64,000 nucleotides of DNA, from NCBI GenBank assembly GCA_963720925.1, contig CAVRHE010000007.1, positions 976,603 through 1,040,602 of the forward strand. Direction: 5' to 3'. A model generated the notes under the pieces. That model searched no databases. It was given only the letters and a program-made list of their open reading frames with translations, and had not been told where the DNA came from. Positions 1 to 8,745 of this stretch are shown piece by piece. This DNA comes from an uncultured Acidobacteriota bacterium. GTDB taxonomy: Bacteria > Actinomycetota > Acidimicrobiia > Spongiisociales > ZC4RG35. Both the position numbers and the translations under genes were made by a program. Every line of letters starts with the position of its first letter. Position 1 is the first letter of the stretch.

Positions 1-726
1 CACCCACGAGGCAATGGCGGCGCCGACCGGGTCGCCGACGTTGATCACCGCCGTTCCCACCTCGTAGTCCCGGAACAAGCGTTCCTTGGCCTGCCGATAC
101 GACTCCATCGTCCCGTGGAAATCGAGATGGTCCTGCGAGAGGTTCGTGAAGGCAGCTACTTCGAAGCGGGTTCCGGCGACCCGGCTCATCTCCAAGGCAT
201 GTGAGGAAACCTCGGCCGCGACCACATCAGCGTCGAGTCGGCTCATCTCGGCGAGGAGACGCTGAAAGTCGGTGGCCTCCGGAGTGGTCCGCACCGAGGG
301 CAGGGATGTTTCCCCCACTCTCGTCTCGACGGTCCCGATCAGCCCCACCACCCGGCCCGCGTAGGTCGCCAGCGACTCCAGATAGTGGGTGACGGTGGTC
401 TTGCCATTGGTGCCCGTGACCCCGACCACGGCCAGCTCGGCCGAAGGATCGCCGTGGACCCGGGCCGCCATCGGGCCCATGGCGGCCCGGGTATCTTCGA
501 CCACGATCTGCGTCACCGGAACATCCAGCAACTTCTCGACGGCCACGGCCGGAGAGCCGGCGGCAACCGCCGAGGGGACAAAGTCGTGCCCGTCGTGGGT
601 CGTACCCTTGACCGCGACGAACAGGACGTCGGGGCCGGCAAGTGCCGAATCATGAGTCACGTCGCCAAGCCAGGTGTCAGGGTCGCCGACGACGAGACCG
701 CCGACTCGACCCGAGACCTCACCCAC
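1..726 (-). CDS. murE: UDP-N-acetylmuramoyl-tripeptide synthetase MurE, N-terminal ~240 codons (rest runs off the window start)
   Basis: Own translation of the minus strand from GTG 726 gives GVTGTNGKTT (P-loop), TTPEA, EVSSHALE, FTNLSQDHLDFHG. Lies directly downstream of ftsI. Absent from the ORF track because it is truncated. Confidence 0.85.
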   Translation of the reverse strand, partial: MGEVSGRVGGLVVGDPDTWLGDVTHDSALAGPDVLFVAVKGTTHDGHDFVPSAVAAGSPAVAVEKLLDVPVTQIVVEDTRAAMGPMAARVHGDPSAELAVVGVTGTNGKTTVTHYLESLATYAGRVVGLIGTVETRVGETSLPSVRTTPEATDFQRLLAEMSRLDADVVAAEVSSHALEMSRVAGTRFEVAAFTNLSQDHLDFHGTMESYRQAKERLFRDYEVGTAVINVGDPVGAAIASWV

Positions 727-730
727 CGTG

Positions 731-2605
731 CTACCCGGCGCCGACATCGGGGGGGACCGCCAATCGGTGCAGCGCTTGCTCCATGACATGGGCGAACACG
801 GGAGCCGCGGCCGCCCCGCCGGTCCGGTATCGGAATGAAGGGGCGTCGATGAGGACTGCGACCACCACCTTCGGGTCATTCATCGGCGCCATCCCGACGA
901 ACGAGGCCCTGGTGACCTCGGTATAGCGCCCGTCCTCACCCAGCTTGTTGGCGGTACCGGTCTTTCCGCCTACCTGGTAGCCCTCTACCGTCGCTGCCTG
1001 CCCGGTGCCCTCGTCGACCACATTCGCCAGCAGTTCTTGCATGAGGACAGCCGTGTCCTGGGACACGACTCGCTTGGTCTCCAGGCCGGCGACGTCCTGG
1101 TCGCCGTCGACGTCCGTGGTGGAAGCGACGATGTGGGGAGCCGTCCAGATCCCGTCGTTCCCGATCGCGGCGTAGGCCGCCGCCATCTGGAGCGGAGTCG
1201 CGGCAACCGAGTACCCGATCGCTGCCGAGGCCCAGCATGTCTCACAGCCCGCCTCGAAGTTGAGCGTGCCGGGGGCCTCCACCGAGTAGTCCACTCCGGT
1301 CTTCGAGCCGAGACCGAACTTCTGGATATAGGAGACGAGTCTGTCCTGTCCAAGTTTCTCGGCTACGAGGATGGTCCCCACATTCGAGGACCTGGTGAAG
1401 ATCTCCCGTACGCTCATGCTTGCCGTCTCGTGCTCCTCGAAGTCTCGGTAGCAGCCGAACAAGTCGTCATCCGCCGAACGACACGCGTCAGGGCGCAGTT
1501 CCACGAGATCGGCGACCTCCGGTATCACGGTTCCGGCCTTCACCTCGCCCTCCTCGATGGCGGCGGCCACGGTGATCAGCTTCTGAGTCGATCCCGGTTC
1601 GTAGACACCACGGACGATGAAGTTCCTGAAGGCATGACAGGTGGCGTCGTCCGATGGATCGCAGGTCTCATCGACCGTCTGGCGGGTTTGCGGATCGAAC
1701 ACGGGGGCGCCGGCCAGAGCGAGGATCCCTCCCGATTCGACGTCGAGCACGACCACCCAACACGACTCCGCGCCGGTGCGGTCGACGGCGGAGAGACATT
1801 CCTGCTGGGCCTGGTATTGCAGCGGCAGGTCGATCGTCGTGTTCAGGTCGGTGCCGGGGACGGCGGCGACGATGTCGCTGATGCCTTGAGGGATGATCCG
1901 GCCCTCGAGATCTCGCTCGAAAACTGCCTTGCCGGGGACGCCTCGAAGTGCCTCGTCGTACATGTACTCCAGGCCTTCCTGCCCGTTGCCGTCGATGTCG
2001 ACGAACCCGGTGACATGGGAGGCGACAGTGCCGGCCGGGTAGATGCGAGTCGACTCGGGGTGGGAGTAGATGCCCCTGACCTCGAGCGCTGCAATCTGCT
2101 CGGCGACTCCAGGCTCCACCTGGCGCTTGAGATAGACGAACTCACGATCCGACTCGAGCCGCGTGAGCAGCTCATGCGAATCGACACCGAGGAGGCCGCC
2201 CACCTGCTGCGCCACCCAGAGTGGCTCTTCGACCTGTGTGGGATTGGCCCAGATGCTCTGGGCCTCGACCGTCATCGCCAGCAACTCCCCGTTCCGGTCG
2301 TAGATCTTGCCCCGCTGGGGGGCGAGATCCCGGGTCACGAGACGCTGGTCGAGGCCCTGGCCGGCGAGATCGGCCGCCTGGACGACCTGGACCTGGAAGA
2401 GTCGGAAGGCGAGGCCGAGCAGGGCGATCACAAGCGTGATCCCGATCAGTCCGACCCGAGCCCGGGATCGGTCAGGTCTGGTGGCGGCCGTGCCGGCAGC
2501 CACGTCTACGTCCCCGGCCGTGACCCCGGTGGTCGGGAACGACCTGTTCCCTCCGGGAGCCCGGCTCCAGCGCGCCGTCGGGTCCTCATTGCGTATCTCC
2601 CTCAT
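731..2605 (-). CDS. ftsI: Penicillin-binding protein / peptidoglycan D,D-transpeptidase FtsI
   Basis: 624-aa ORF with an N-terminal TM segment. Transpeptidase motifs STQK (SxxK), SSN (SxN) and KTGT. Position in the dcw cluster. Confidence 0.9.
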   Translation of the reverse strand: MREIRNEDPTARWSRAPGGNRSFPTTGVTAGDVDVAAGTAATRPDRSRARVGLIGITLVIALLGLAFRLFQVQVVQAADLAGQGLDQRLVTRDLAPQRGKIYDRNGELLAMTVEAQSIWANPTQVEEPLWVAQQVGGLLGVDSHELLTRLESDREFVYLKRQVEPGVAEQIAALEVRGIYSHPESTRIYPAGTVASHVTGFVDIDGNGQEGLEYMYDEALRGVPGKAVFERDLEGRIIPQGISDIVAAVPGTDLNTTIDLPLQYQAQQECLSAVDRTGAESCWVVVLDVESGGILALAGAPVFDPQTRQTVDETCDPSDDATCHAFRNFIVRGVYEPGSTQKLITVAAAIEEGEVKAGTVIPEVADLVELRPDACRSADDDLFGCYRDFEEHETASMSVREIFTRSSNVGTILVAEKLGQDRLVSYIQKFGLGSKTGVDYSVEAPGTLNFEAGCETCWASAAIGYSVAATPLQMAAAYAAIGNDGIWTAPHIVASTTDVDGDQDVAGLETKRVVSQDTAVLMQELLANVVDEGTGQAATVEGYQVGGKTGTANKLGEDGRYTEVTRASFVGMAPMNDPKVVVAVLIDAPSFRYRTGGAAAAPVFAHVMEQALHRLAVPPDVGAG

Positions 2606-2969
2606 CGACGGAGGCCACCGCAGGACCTCCGAGATCTACGAGAAGCTGCCCGGTTTCGCCCGGGATCATCAGGCCGAGCTCTTCGGCCAGCGGCGCAATG
2701 CGCGCCGGGTTCTCCATGCGGGCGATCTCGAGTCGAAGTTGCTCGTTGATCGCCTCCTGCACTTCGATGGCCTGATCGAGGCGATCGAGCTCGAAGGCAG
2801 ACCTGTCCAGTGAGGTCCGGGCGAAGCCCAGACCGAGGAAAGCAGCGACACCGATCAACACCATCATCATCCAAGGGGCCAAGGAAGGACGGCGGAGCTG
2901 CCTACGACCCCGGAGGACCCTCATCCCCTCGGAGGGCGCCGGCTGACGAAGTGGGCGGGCTGCGGTCAC
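2586..2969 (-). CDS. ftsL: FtsL-like cell division membrane protein
   Basis: 127 aa with a single TM (MMMVLIGVAAFLGLGF) followed by a coiled-coil-like region. Sits between rsmH and ftsI and overlaps both neighbours. Confidence 0.7.
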   Translation of the reverse strand: MTAARPLRQPAPSEGMRVLRGRRQLRRPSLAPWMMMVLIGVAAFLGLGFARTSLDRSAFELDRLDQAIEVQEAINEQLRLEIARMENPARIAPLAEELGLMIPGETGQLLVDLGGPAVASVDEGDTQ

Positions 2970-3901
2970 GCCGCGACCTTCTCGGCAGCACGCAGGACCG
3001 CCGAGCGGGCGCGATTGTTGGCTTCGACCTCAGCAGAGGACGCGCGAATTGGCTTTCGGGTGAGGATGCGCAACTCGGCGCTGTTCCCGCATCCGCATAC
3101 CGGGAGCTCCGGCGGGCAGGTGCAGCCGGTGGCGCCTTTCGTGAAACGGCGCTTCACGATCCGGTCTTCGAGGGAATGGTAGGAGATAGCCAGGACCCTC
3201 CCCTGAGGCCTCACCAACCCGATGGCTCGGTCCAGACCGCTCGAGATGGCGTCGAGCTCACCATTGACCGCAATCCGAATCGCCTGGAAGGTCCGTCGGG
3301 CTGGATGACCCGCCCGACGGCGCGCCGCGGGGATCACCGCGGCTACGACGGTGGACAACTGGCCGGTGGACTCATAGGGGCGCCCTTCGACGATGGCATG
3401 CGCCACTCGCCGCGCCAGAGGCTCCTCCCCGAAGCGTCGGATGACGTCGGCGAGACGATCCTCGGGCCATTCGTTGACCAATTCGGCCGCGGTGTGGACG
3501 GCATCGGGGCCCATTCGCATGTCGAGCGGCCCGTCGTGGCGGTACGAGAAGCCCCGGTCGGGCTCGTCGAGCTGATGTGAGGAGACCCCGAAGTCGAACA
3601 GGACCCCGGACACGGGAGACTCTGTCACAGAGGCGACGAGGTCGTCGAGATCGGAGAAATTGCCCTGCACTGCGAGCACGCCGAGCTCACTGGCATTCGC
3701 CAGTGCCGCAGGGTCGCGATCTATCGCTATAACGGTCACGCTCTCTCCGAACTCATCCAGCAATCGGCGGGTGTGTCCCCCGCCGCCGAATGTCGCGTCC
3801 ACCACGACACCCGGCAGCACCGGGGCCAACAGCCCAGCCACTTCATGCTCCAGAACCGGCCGGTGGTAGTCCCGGTCGTCGTTGTCCCGGTTCTGGCTCA
3901 T
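2966..3901 (-). CDS. rsmH: 16S rRNA (cytosine1402-N4)-methyltransferase RsmH
   Basis: Motifs ATFGGGGHT and DFGVSSHQLD. The track ORF runs to 4096 but would overlap mraZ, so I place the start at the internal ATG 3901 (MSQNRDN...). Confidence 0.85.
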   Translation of the reverse strand: MSQNRDNDDRDYHRPVLEHEVAGLLAPVLPGVVVDATFGGGGHTRRLLDEFGESVTVIAIDRDPAALANASELGVLAVQGNFSDLDDLVASVTESPVSGVLFDFGVSSHQLDEPDRGFSYRHDGPLDMRMGPDAVHTAAELVNEWPEDRLADVIRRFGEEPLARRVAHAIVEGRPYESTGQLSTVVAAVIPAARRRAGHPARRTFQAIRIAVNGELDAISSGLDRAIGLVRPQGRVLAISYHSLEDRIVKRRFTKGATGCTCPPELPVCGCGNSAELRILTRKPIRASSAEVEANNRARSAVLRAAEKVAA

Positions 3902-4004
3902 TGCCAGCCCCCCGGGCGCTGGTACCAATAGGAAGCGGGCGGAGTCAGGGGCCTTCCATTGGTTCCGGGGGGCTGGCGATGAACCAGCCACGCACGTGCT
4001 TTGG

Positions 4005-4418
4005 TTATTCGTCCTCCTCCAGGTAGGTCTGATCTCCGGTGGCACGGTCCTCGAGATAGAGCGTCTTGTTCCAGAGCTCGACGTGGTCGAAGACACCGAT
4101 CACTGCGATCTCGGAGCCCGTCTCGAGGTCGGCGAAGTCCCTCAGGTCGGGTTTGATCAGCACCCGGCCCGACTTGTCGAGAGTTTGAAGGTCGGCGCCC
4201 GAGAAGACCGTGCGGGAGAAACGGCGTCCGATGCGGTTCTGCTCCATCTCGGTCACCTCCGCCGCCCTCGCCTCGAACTCGCCGGTCGGGAATAGGACGA
4301 GCTGACGGTCCTGGCCCTTGGTGAGGACACAACCGTCTTCGAGACGACGGCGAAAACCGGAGGGCATGACCACCCGGCTCTTCCCGTCGAGACTGTGGAA
4401 GTACTCGCCAAGGAACAC
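4005..4418 (-). CDS. mraZ: Transcriptional regulator MraZ
   Basis: 137 aa with the N-terminus MFLGEYFHSLDGKSRVVMPSGFRRRL typical of MraZ. First gene of the dcw cluster. Confidence 0.92.
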   Translation of the reverse strand: MFLGEYFHSLDGKSRVVMPSGFRRRLEDGCVLTKGQDRQLVLFPTGEFEARAAEVTEMEQNRIGRRFSRTVFSGADLQTLDKSGRVLIKPDLRDFADLETGSEIAVIGVFDHVELWNKTLYLEDRATGDQTYLEEDE

Positions 4419-4453
4419 TGCTGCGTTTCTCCGTCCGTCCTCATGTCACTGAC

Positions 4454-4521
4454 CCCACTTCTCTTGGGTCGTGTCCGCCACTATGACCCACTTCACCCCA
4501 CTTGTCAACCTTTTCACCCAC
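4454..4521 (-). promoter_or_regulatory. Pmra promoter with phased GTGGG (MraZ-box-like) direct repeats
   Basis: Minus strand reads TTGACA (4503-4508), 17-nt spacer, CATAGT (4480-4485). GTGGG/GTGGC repeats lie at 4477, 4487 and 4497 (10-bp phase), with further copies at 4517 and 4454. Confidence 0.6.
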
Positions 4522-4583
4522 CTGGTGCCATCTCGACGACACAGCCACGCCTTCGATGGTCCGAACGGAGGAAAACGGGGTGG

Positions 4584-5145
4584 TCAGCGAGCGAGCAGAA
4601 GCGCCCGAACCTGATCCTCGGGCGGGGACTCCGGCTCATGTGGCGGGTCGCTCGATGCGAGGGGGCGATGCCACCAGGCGACGTCGTGCCACTCCCCCAT
4701 CTTGTGCCCGGCCCTGGGGAAGACCCCGATCGGGGTGAACCCGAGCGAGGCATGCAGGGCCTCGCTTCCCGGATTGGGCAGGGCGATGCCGGCAAAGCCA
4801 TTGGCGAAGCCCCACATCGTGCAGAGGTCGAGGAGAGCCCGATACAGCCCCCGGCCCACGCCATGGCCCCGATGCTCGTCGTGCACGTAAACGGTGGTCT
4901 CGACCGACCACCGGTAGGCGGCTCGCCCCCGAAATGCGGTGGCATAGGCGTAGGCGAGGATCACCCCGGCCTCTTCACTGACCAGCCAGGGATGATCCGA
5001 CGGTGACCGTCTGGATGCGAACTGCCATCTCGTCCGGCCCGGGTGGGTGCAACTCGAAAGAGATTGCAGTCTCCCGGACCACAGGCTCGTAGATCGCTGC
5101 TATCTGATCTGCGTCGTCCACCGACACTGGGCGAAGCCGGGGCAC
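4584..5145 (-). pseudogene. GNAT N-acetyltransferase, phosphinothricin-acetyltransferase-like, with one frame break
   Basis: N-terminal part (VPRLRPVSVDDADQIAAIYEPVV...AVRIQTVTV) is in one frame. The continuation DHPWLVSEEAGVILAYAYATAFRGRAAYRWSVETTVYV...WHDVAWW is in another. Junction near 5005-5012. Confidence 0.8.
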
Positions 5146-5155
5146 GATCCGGCGA

Positions 5156-5653
5156 CTAGGCGACTTCGAGATAGGGATGCCAGGCGGGGTCCACCTGGTA
5201 CCCGGTCGAGGCGTATATCCACGCATACCTGCGTGGCGGGCCCGGCTTGGCGCTCAGCCGGAGCCCTGCTTCCTTCGGCAAGCGGTCTCCCTTCGAGATG
5301 TTGCAGGGGCGGCAGCACGCCACCACGTTCTCCCAACTGTGGTCGCCTCCGCGTGATCGGGGAAGCACATGATCGAGGGACTCGGCCGGCCCGCCACAGT
5401 ATTGGCAGCGGTGACCGTCACGTCCGAATACGGCGCGCCGGGTCACCGGGGCGGCGCGCCGATACGGGACCTTCACATACCGGTTGAGTCGAACCACCGA
5501 GGGAACCTCCACCGACCTGGTCTCCGAGCTCCACGTCTCATCCTTCCCCACCACGACGCTTGCCTTCTGGTTGAGGACGAGGACGACCGCCCGGCGTGTG
5601 GTCACCACCGAGAGTGGCTCGAAGCTGGCATTCAATACGAGGACCCGTGCCAT
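5156..5653 (-). CDS. HNH endonuclease family protein
   Basis: 165 aa with HRCQYCGG...LDHVLPRSRGGDHSWENVVACCRPCNISKG (HNH/zinc-finger core). Confidence 0.8.
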   Translation of the reverse strand: MARVLVLNASFEPLSVVTTRRAVVLVLNQKASVVVGKDETWSSETRSVEVPSVVRLNRYVKVPYRRAAPVTRRAVFGRDGHRCQYCGGPAESLDHVLPRSRGGDHSWENVVACCRPCNISKGDRLPKEAGLRLSAKPGPPRRYAWIYASTGYQVDPAWHPYLEVA

Positions 5654-5680
5654 GAGAAACGCTGTTCCTGCCCGGTGACG

Positions 5681-6262
5681 TTACCAATCGGGGTGGGCCA
5701 CACCCGGCTCCCCCGCCTCAGATGCCGGCTCAACCACACCAATCGCACGGCCCACCGCGAGAGGCAGCGCGAGCGTCCAACCTTCCACGATGTCGGCCTG
5801 GCCGGTCCGCTCCTCACTTCCATCGGTGGCCATGACGGTCAAGGCACCCTCGTCGGAAAGTGTCACCCTCGTGATCTCCGGCGGTATGCGCCCGAGCACC
5901 TGGCACCACGCATCGGACACACCCTGGGCAACGGCCATCGGTGTGGAGGGCACCAGGCGAAACGAGCGGATGGCGGTGCCGATCACCTCCACCCTGGCCC
6001 CACCCTTCACCTCGGAGATCCGGACATCCACCCCCAGCGCGGCTCTGGCCTGGGAGAGCCGGTTCCCGATCTCCAGGGTTGGATCCTCGAGTGAGCGGAC
6101 CCCATAGGCGACCAGGAGGGCCCGCACGGCATCGAGGACCTCGGCCTCATTGGCGTCCTCGTCGAGCTTGACCTTGATCCCCGATTCGAAATCCTCGAGA
6201 TTGAGCGACACCGAAGTCACGCCGGGAATGTCCTGGAGTCGCTCGACCAGTTTCTCCCTCAT
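5681..6262 (-). CDS. Hypothetical protein
   Basis: Coding-like composition. I start it at ATG 6262 (MREKLVERLQ...), which overlaps the stop of the upstream ORF (ATGA). No family recognised. Confidence 0.5.
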   Translation of the reverse strand: MREKLVERLQDIPGVTSVSLNLEDFESGIKVKLDEDANEAEVLDAVRALLVAYGVRSLEDPTLEIGNRLSQARAALGVDVRISEVKGGARVEVIGTAIRSFRLVPSTPMAVAQGVSDAWCQVLGRIPPEITRVTLSDEGALTVMATDGSEERTGQADIVEGWTLALPLAVGRAIGVVEPASEAGEPGVAHPDW

Positions 6263-6510
6263 GAGATCGCCCGCATCCTTCGACGCCACGACAGATACGA
6301 CGCCAGGTCCTCCGGCCGGGGTTCCGTCGTGGCCTGGCCGTAGGCGGTGTGCATCCTCCAGTCCAGATACGCATCGGAGGGAAAGGCACTGTGACGCCGT
6401 CTCATTGCGAAAGCAGCCCTGATCGCCTCCCACAGCAAAATCGGCCTGCCAGCCAAGGCAAACAGACCCCTGCCCAGTCCGGGCCCATTGCGAATGGATC
6501 GGTCGGACAC
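6259..6510 (-). CDS. Hypothetical small protein (83 aa)
   Basis: ORF translationally coupled to 5681-6262. No family recognised. Confidence 0.45.
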   Translation of the reverse strand: MSDRSIRNGPGLGRGLFALAGRPILLWEAIRAAFAMRRRHSAFPSDAYLDWRMHTAYGQATTEPRPEDLASYLSWRRRMRAIS

Positions 6511-6586
6511 TCCCGTGGGAACTCTAGCTACCTATAAAACCGTCTCTCAGTAGAGTCGAAGCCACCAAAGCGAGACGGGAGGGTGA

Positions 6587-7567
6587 TTGGCCGAGGTATC
6601 CGCCCAACAAATCGAAGCGTTCTCGAGACGATTCGACCTGATCGCCACCAACGTCGAGAAGGTCATCCAGGGAAAGAGGGACGTCGTCGAGTTGGTCCTG
6701 CTTGCCCTGGTGGCGGAGGGACACGTCCTCGTCGAGGACGTCCCTGGGGTGGGGAAGACGCAACTGGCCAAGTCGGTGGCCCGCTCCATCGACAGTGAGT
6801 TCCAGCGCGTCCAGTTCACCCCCGATCTCCTGCCATCCGATGTCACCGGCGTATCGGTGTGGGACCGCAACCGCAACGAGTTCGAGTTCAAACCAGGCCC
6901 GATCTTCGCCAACATCGTGGTCGGCGATGAGATCAACCGGGCCAGCCCCAAGACGCAGTCCGCCTTGCTCGAGGCGATGGAGGAACGCCAGGTCACATCG
7001 GACGGCGTGACGCGGGCATTGCCACTCCCGTTCATGGTCATGGCGACTCAGAACCCGTTGGAGCACGAGGGGACCTATCCCCTCCCCGAGTCACAGCTGG
7101 ACAGGTTCATGATGAGAGTCGTCATCGGTTATCCGAGCCGGCAGAAAGAACTGGAGATCCTCGACACCCATGGCGTTCGCTCGACCTTCCTCGACCTGGA
7201 GCCAGTTGTCTCGGTCGAGGAGATCGAGGAACTAATCGTGGTGGCGCGGGAGGTAACTGTCTCCTCGTCGGTGAAGAGCTACATCATCGATCTTGTCGAT
7301 GGAACTCGCCAGCATCCCGACGTCTTGCTCGGCGCCTCGCCCCGCTCGGCCCTGTTCCTCCAACGTCTATCGCGGGCTCGTGCCGCCTCCCAGGGCAGGG
7401 AATACGTCACACCCGATGACATCAAGATGCTGGCCCACCCGGTGCTGGAGCACCGCATGGGCTTGCGGCCCGAAGCTCAGATGCGAGGTGAGGCGGTCCC
7501 CGACGTCATCGAGGACCTGATGACCCGGCTGAGAGTGCCCGGCACCACGTCCCGGATCGCCACCTGA
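6587..7567 (+). CDS. moxR: MoxR-family AAA+ ATPase
   Basis: 326 aa with Walker A GVPGVGKT and MoxR-like VQFTPDLLPSDVTG. First gene of the moxR-DUF58-transglutaminase trio. Confidence 0.9.
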   Translation: MAEVSAQQIEAFSRRFDLIATNVEKVIQGKRDVVELVLLALVAEGHVLVEDVPGVGKTQLAKSVARSIDSEFQRVQFTPDLLPSDVTGVSVWDRNRNEFEFKPGPIFANIVVGDEINRASPKTQSALLEAMEERQVTSDGVTRALPLPFMVMATQNPLEHEGTYPLPESQLDRFMMRVVIGYPSRQKELEILDTHGVRSTFLDLEPVVSVEEIEELIVVAREVTVSSSVKSYIIDLVDGTRQHPDVLLGASPRSALFLQRLSRARAASQGREYVTPDDIKMLAHPVLEHRMGLRPEAQMRGEAVPDVIEDLMTRLRVPGTTSRIAT

Positions 7568-8745
7568 TGCCCACGCTGCGAGGCTGGGCCCTTTCCGGGG
7601 CGGGTCTCGCTCTTCTGGTGCTCTGGTACGCCCTGGGTGAGGTCGAGTTGCTCCTCACCGGCGCTTTCCTCCTGCTGGCCCAGGCGGTTGCCCTGGTCCA
7701 CGTGCGGAGACGACGGCCAAGCCTGGATGTCAGCCGGAGACTGGGTTCTTCGACTGTTCACGACGGGGAGACCACGACAGTGACGCTGCTGATCGAGAAC
7801 ACCTCCCGACACGTTGTCAGCCGTCTCAGTATCGAGGACGACGTGAACCGTCTCGGCGTGGCCGTCTTCGAGGTGGCGCGGCTCAAGGGAAAGGAAACGG
7901 CTACTGCCACTTATCGGGTCACTTGTCGGCCGCGCGGCGTATACCGGGTCGGGCCCACGATGGCGCGGGTCAGCGATCCGCTCGGTCTGGCCGAGACGAG
8001 CGCGTGGACCGGGCCGGCGGACCGGATCGTGGTGTACCCCGCGGTGGAGGAGCTCAACGGCTTTCCGATTGTCCGGGGACAAGATCCGGCAATGCAGGCG
8101 TCCCGTCCCGAGCACGCCCGACGCGGCGGCGAGGACTTCTACACCTTGCGTGAGTATCAGCAAGGAGATGACCTGCGCAGGGTCCACTGGCCGTCGTCGG
8201 CGCGGACCGATGAGCTCATGATTCGTCAGCTCGAGACACCCTGGCAGTCCCGAGCTCTGGTCCTCCTCGACGTTCGCAGCACCAGCTACGAGTCACAAGA
8301 CGCATTCGAGAAGGCAGTCTCCGGCGCGGCAACGATCGTCACCCATCTCGTCGGGTCCGGGTTCGACGCAGACCTGTGGGCCGGTGATGCGGAGGCGATC
8401 GACGCCGCCCGCTACTCGTCGGCCATGGAGCGATTGGCCCTGGTTCAGCCCGACCCCGCCATCGACATCAAAGCAGTCGCCGGTCGGATCAGGCAGAAGG
8501 GTGGTGGTGGGGCGCTCGTGATCGTCACCGGAGTCGCCGACCGGCCTCTCCTCGGCGTGCAACAGCTTCTTGCCGGCGACTATCCGACGACAGTCCTGAT
8601 GACGGCGTCGGCCTCCACCTCGCAGACCCTGGTCGGTTTCCACCGAATGGGTGTGACGACGGTTTCAGTAGCCCCCGACCAGCCCTGGGCGCCCGCCTGG
8701 GTGATCGCGATGAAGAGCTCATGGACAACGGCCTCGGTCGGCTAG
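7567..8745 (+). CDS. DUF58 (vWA-like) protein
   Basis: 392 aa with two N-terminal TM segments and the DUF58 signature FYTLREYQQGDDLRRVHWPSSAR. TGATG overlap with moxR. Confidence 0.85.
   Translation: MPTLRGWALSGAGLALLVLWYALGEVELLLTGAFLLLAQAVALVHVRRRRPSLDVSRRLGSSTVHDGETTTVTLLIENTSRHVVSRLSIEDDVNRLGVAVFEVARLKGKETATATYRVTCRPRGVYRVGPTMARVSDPLGLAETSAWTGPADRIVVYPAVEELNGFPIVRGQDPAMQASRPEHARRGGEDFYTLREYQQGDDLRRVHWPSSARTDELMIRQLETPWQSRALVLLDVRSTSYESQDAFEKAVSGAATIVTHLVGSGFDADLWAGDAEAIDAARYSSAMERLALVQPDPAIDIKAVAGRIRQKGGGGALVIVTGVADRPLLGVQQLLAGDYPTTVLMTASASTSQTLVGFHRMGVTTVSVAPDQPWAPAWVIAMKSSWTTASVG

Noticed and set aside
1037-2749. 570-aa plus-strand ORF
   Set aside because: It is antisense to ftsI, which has clear PBP motifs. 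Its composition is Arg/Gly/Asp-rich, typical of stop-free antisense frames in high-GC DNA.
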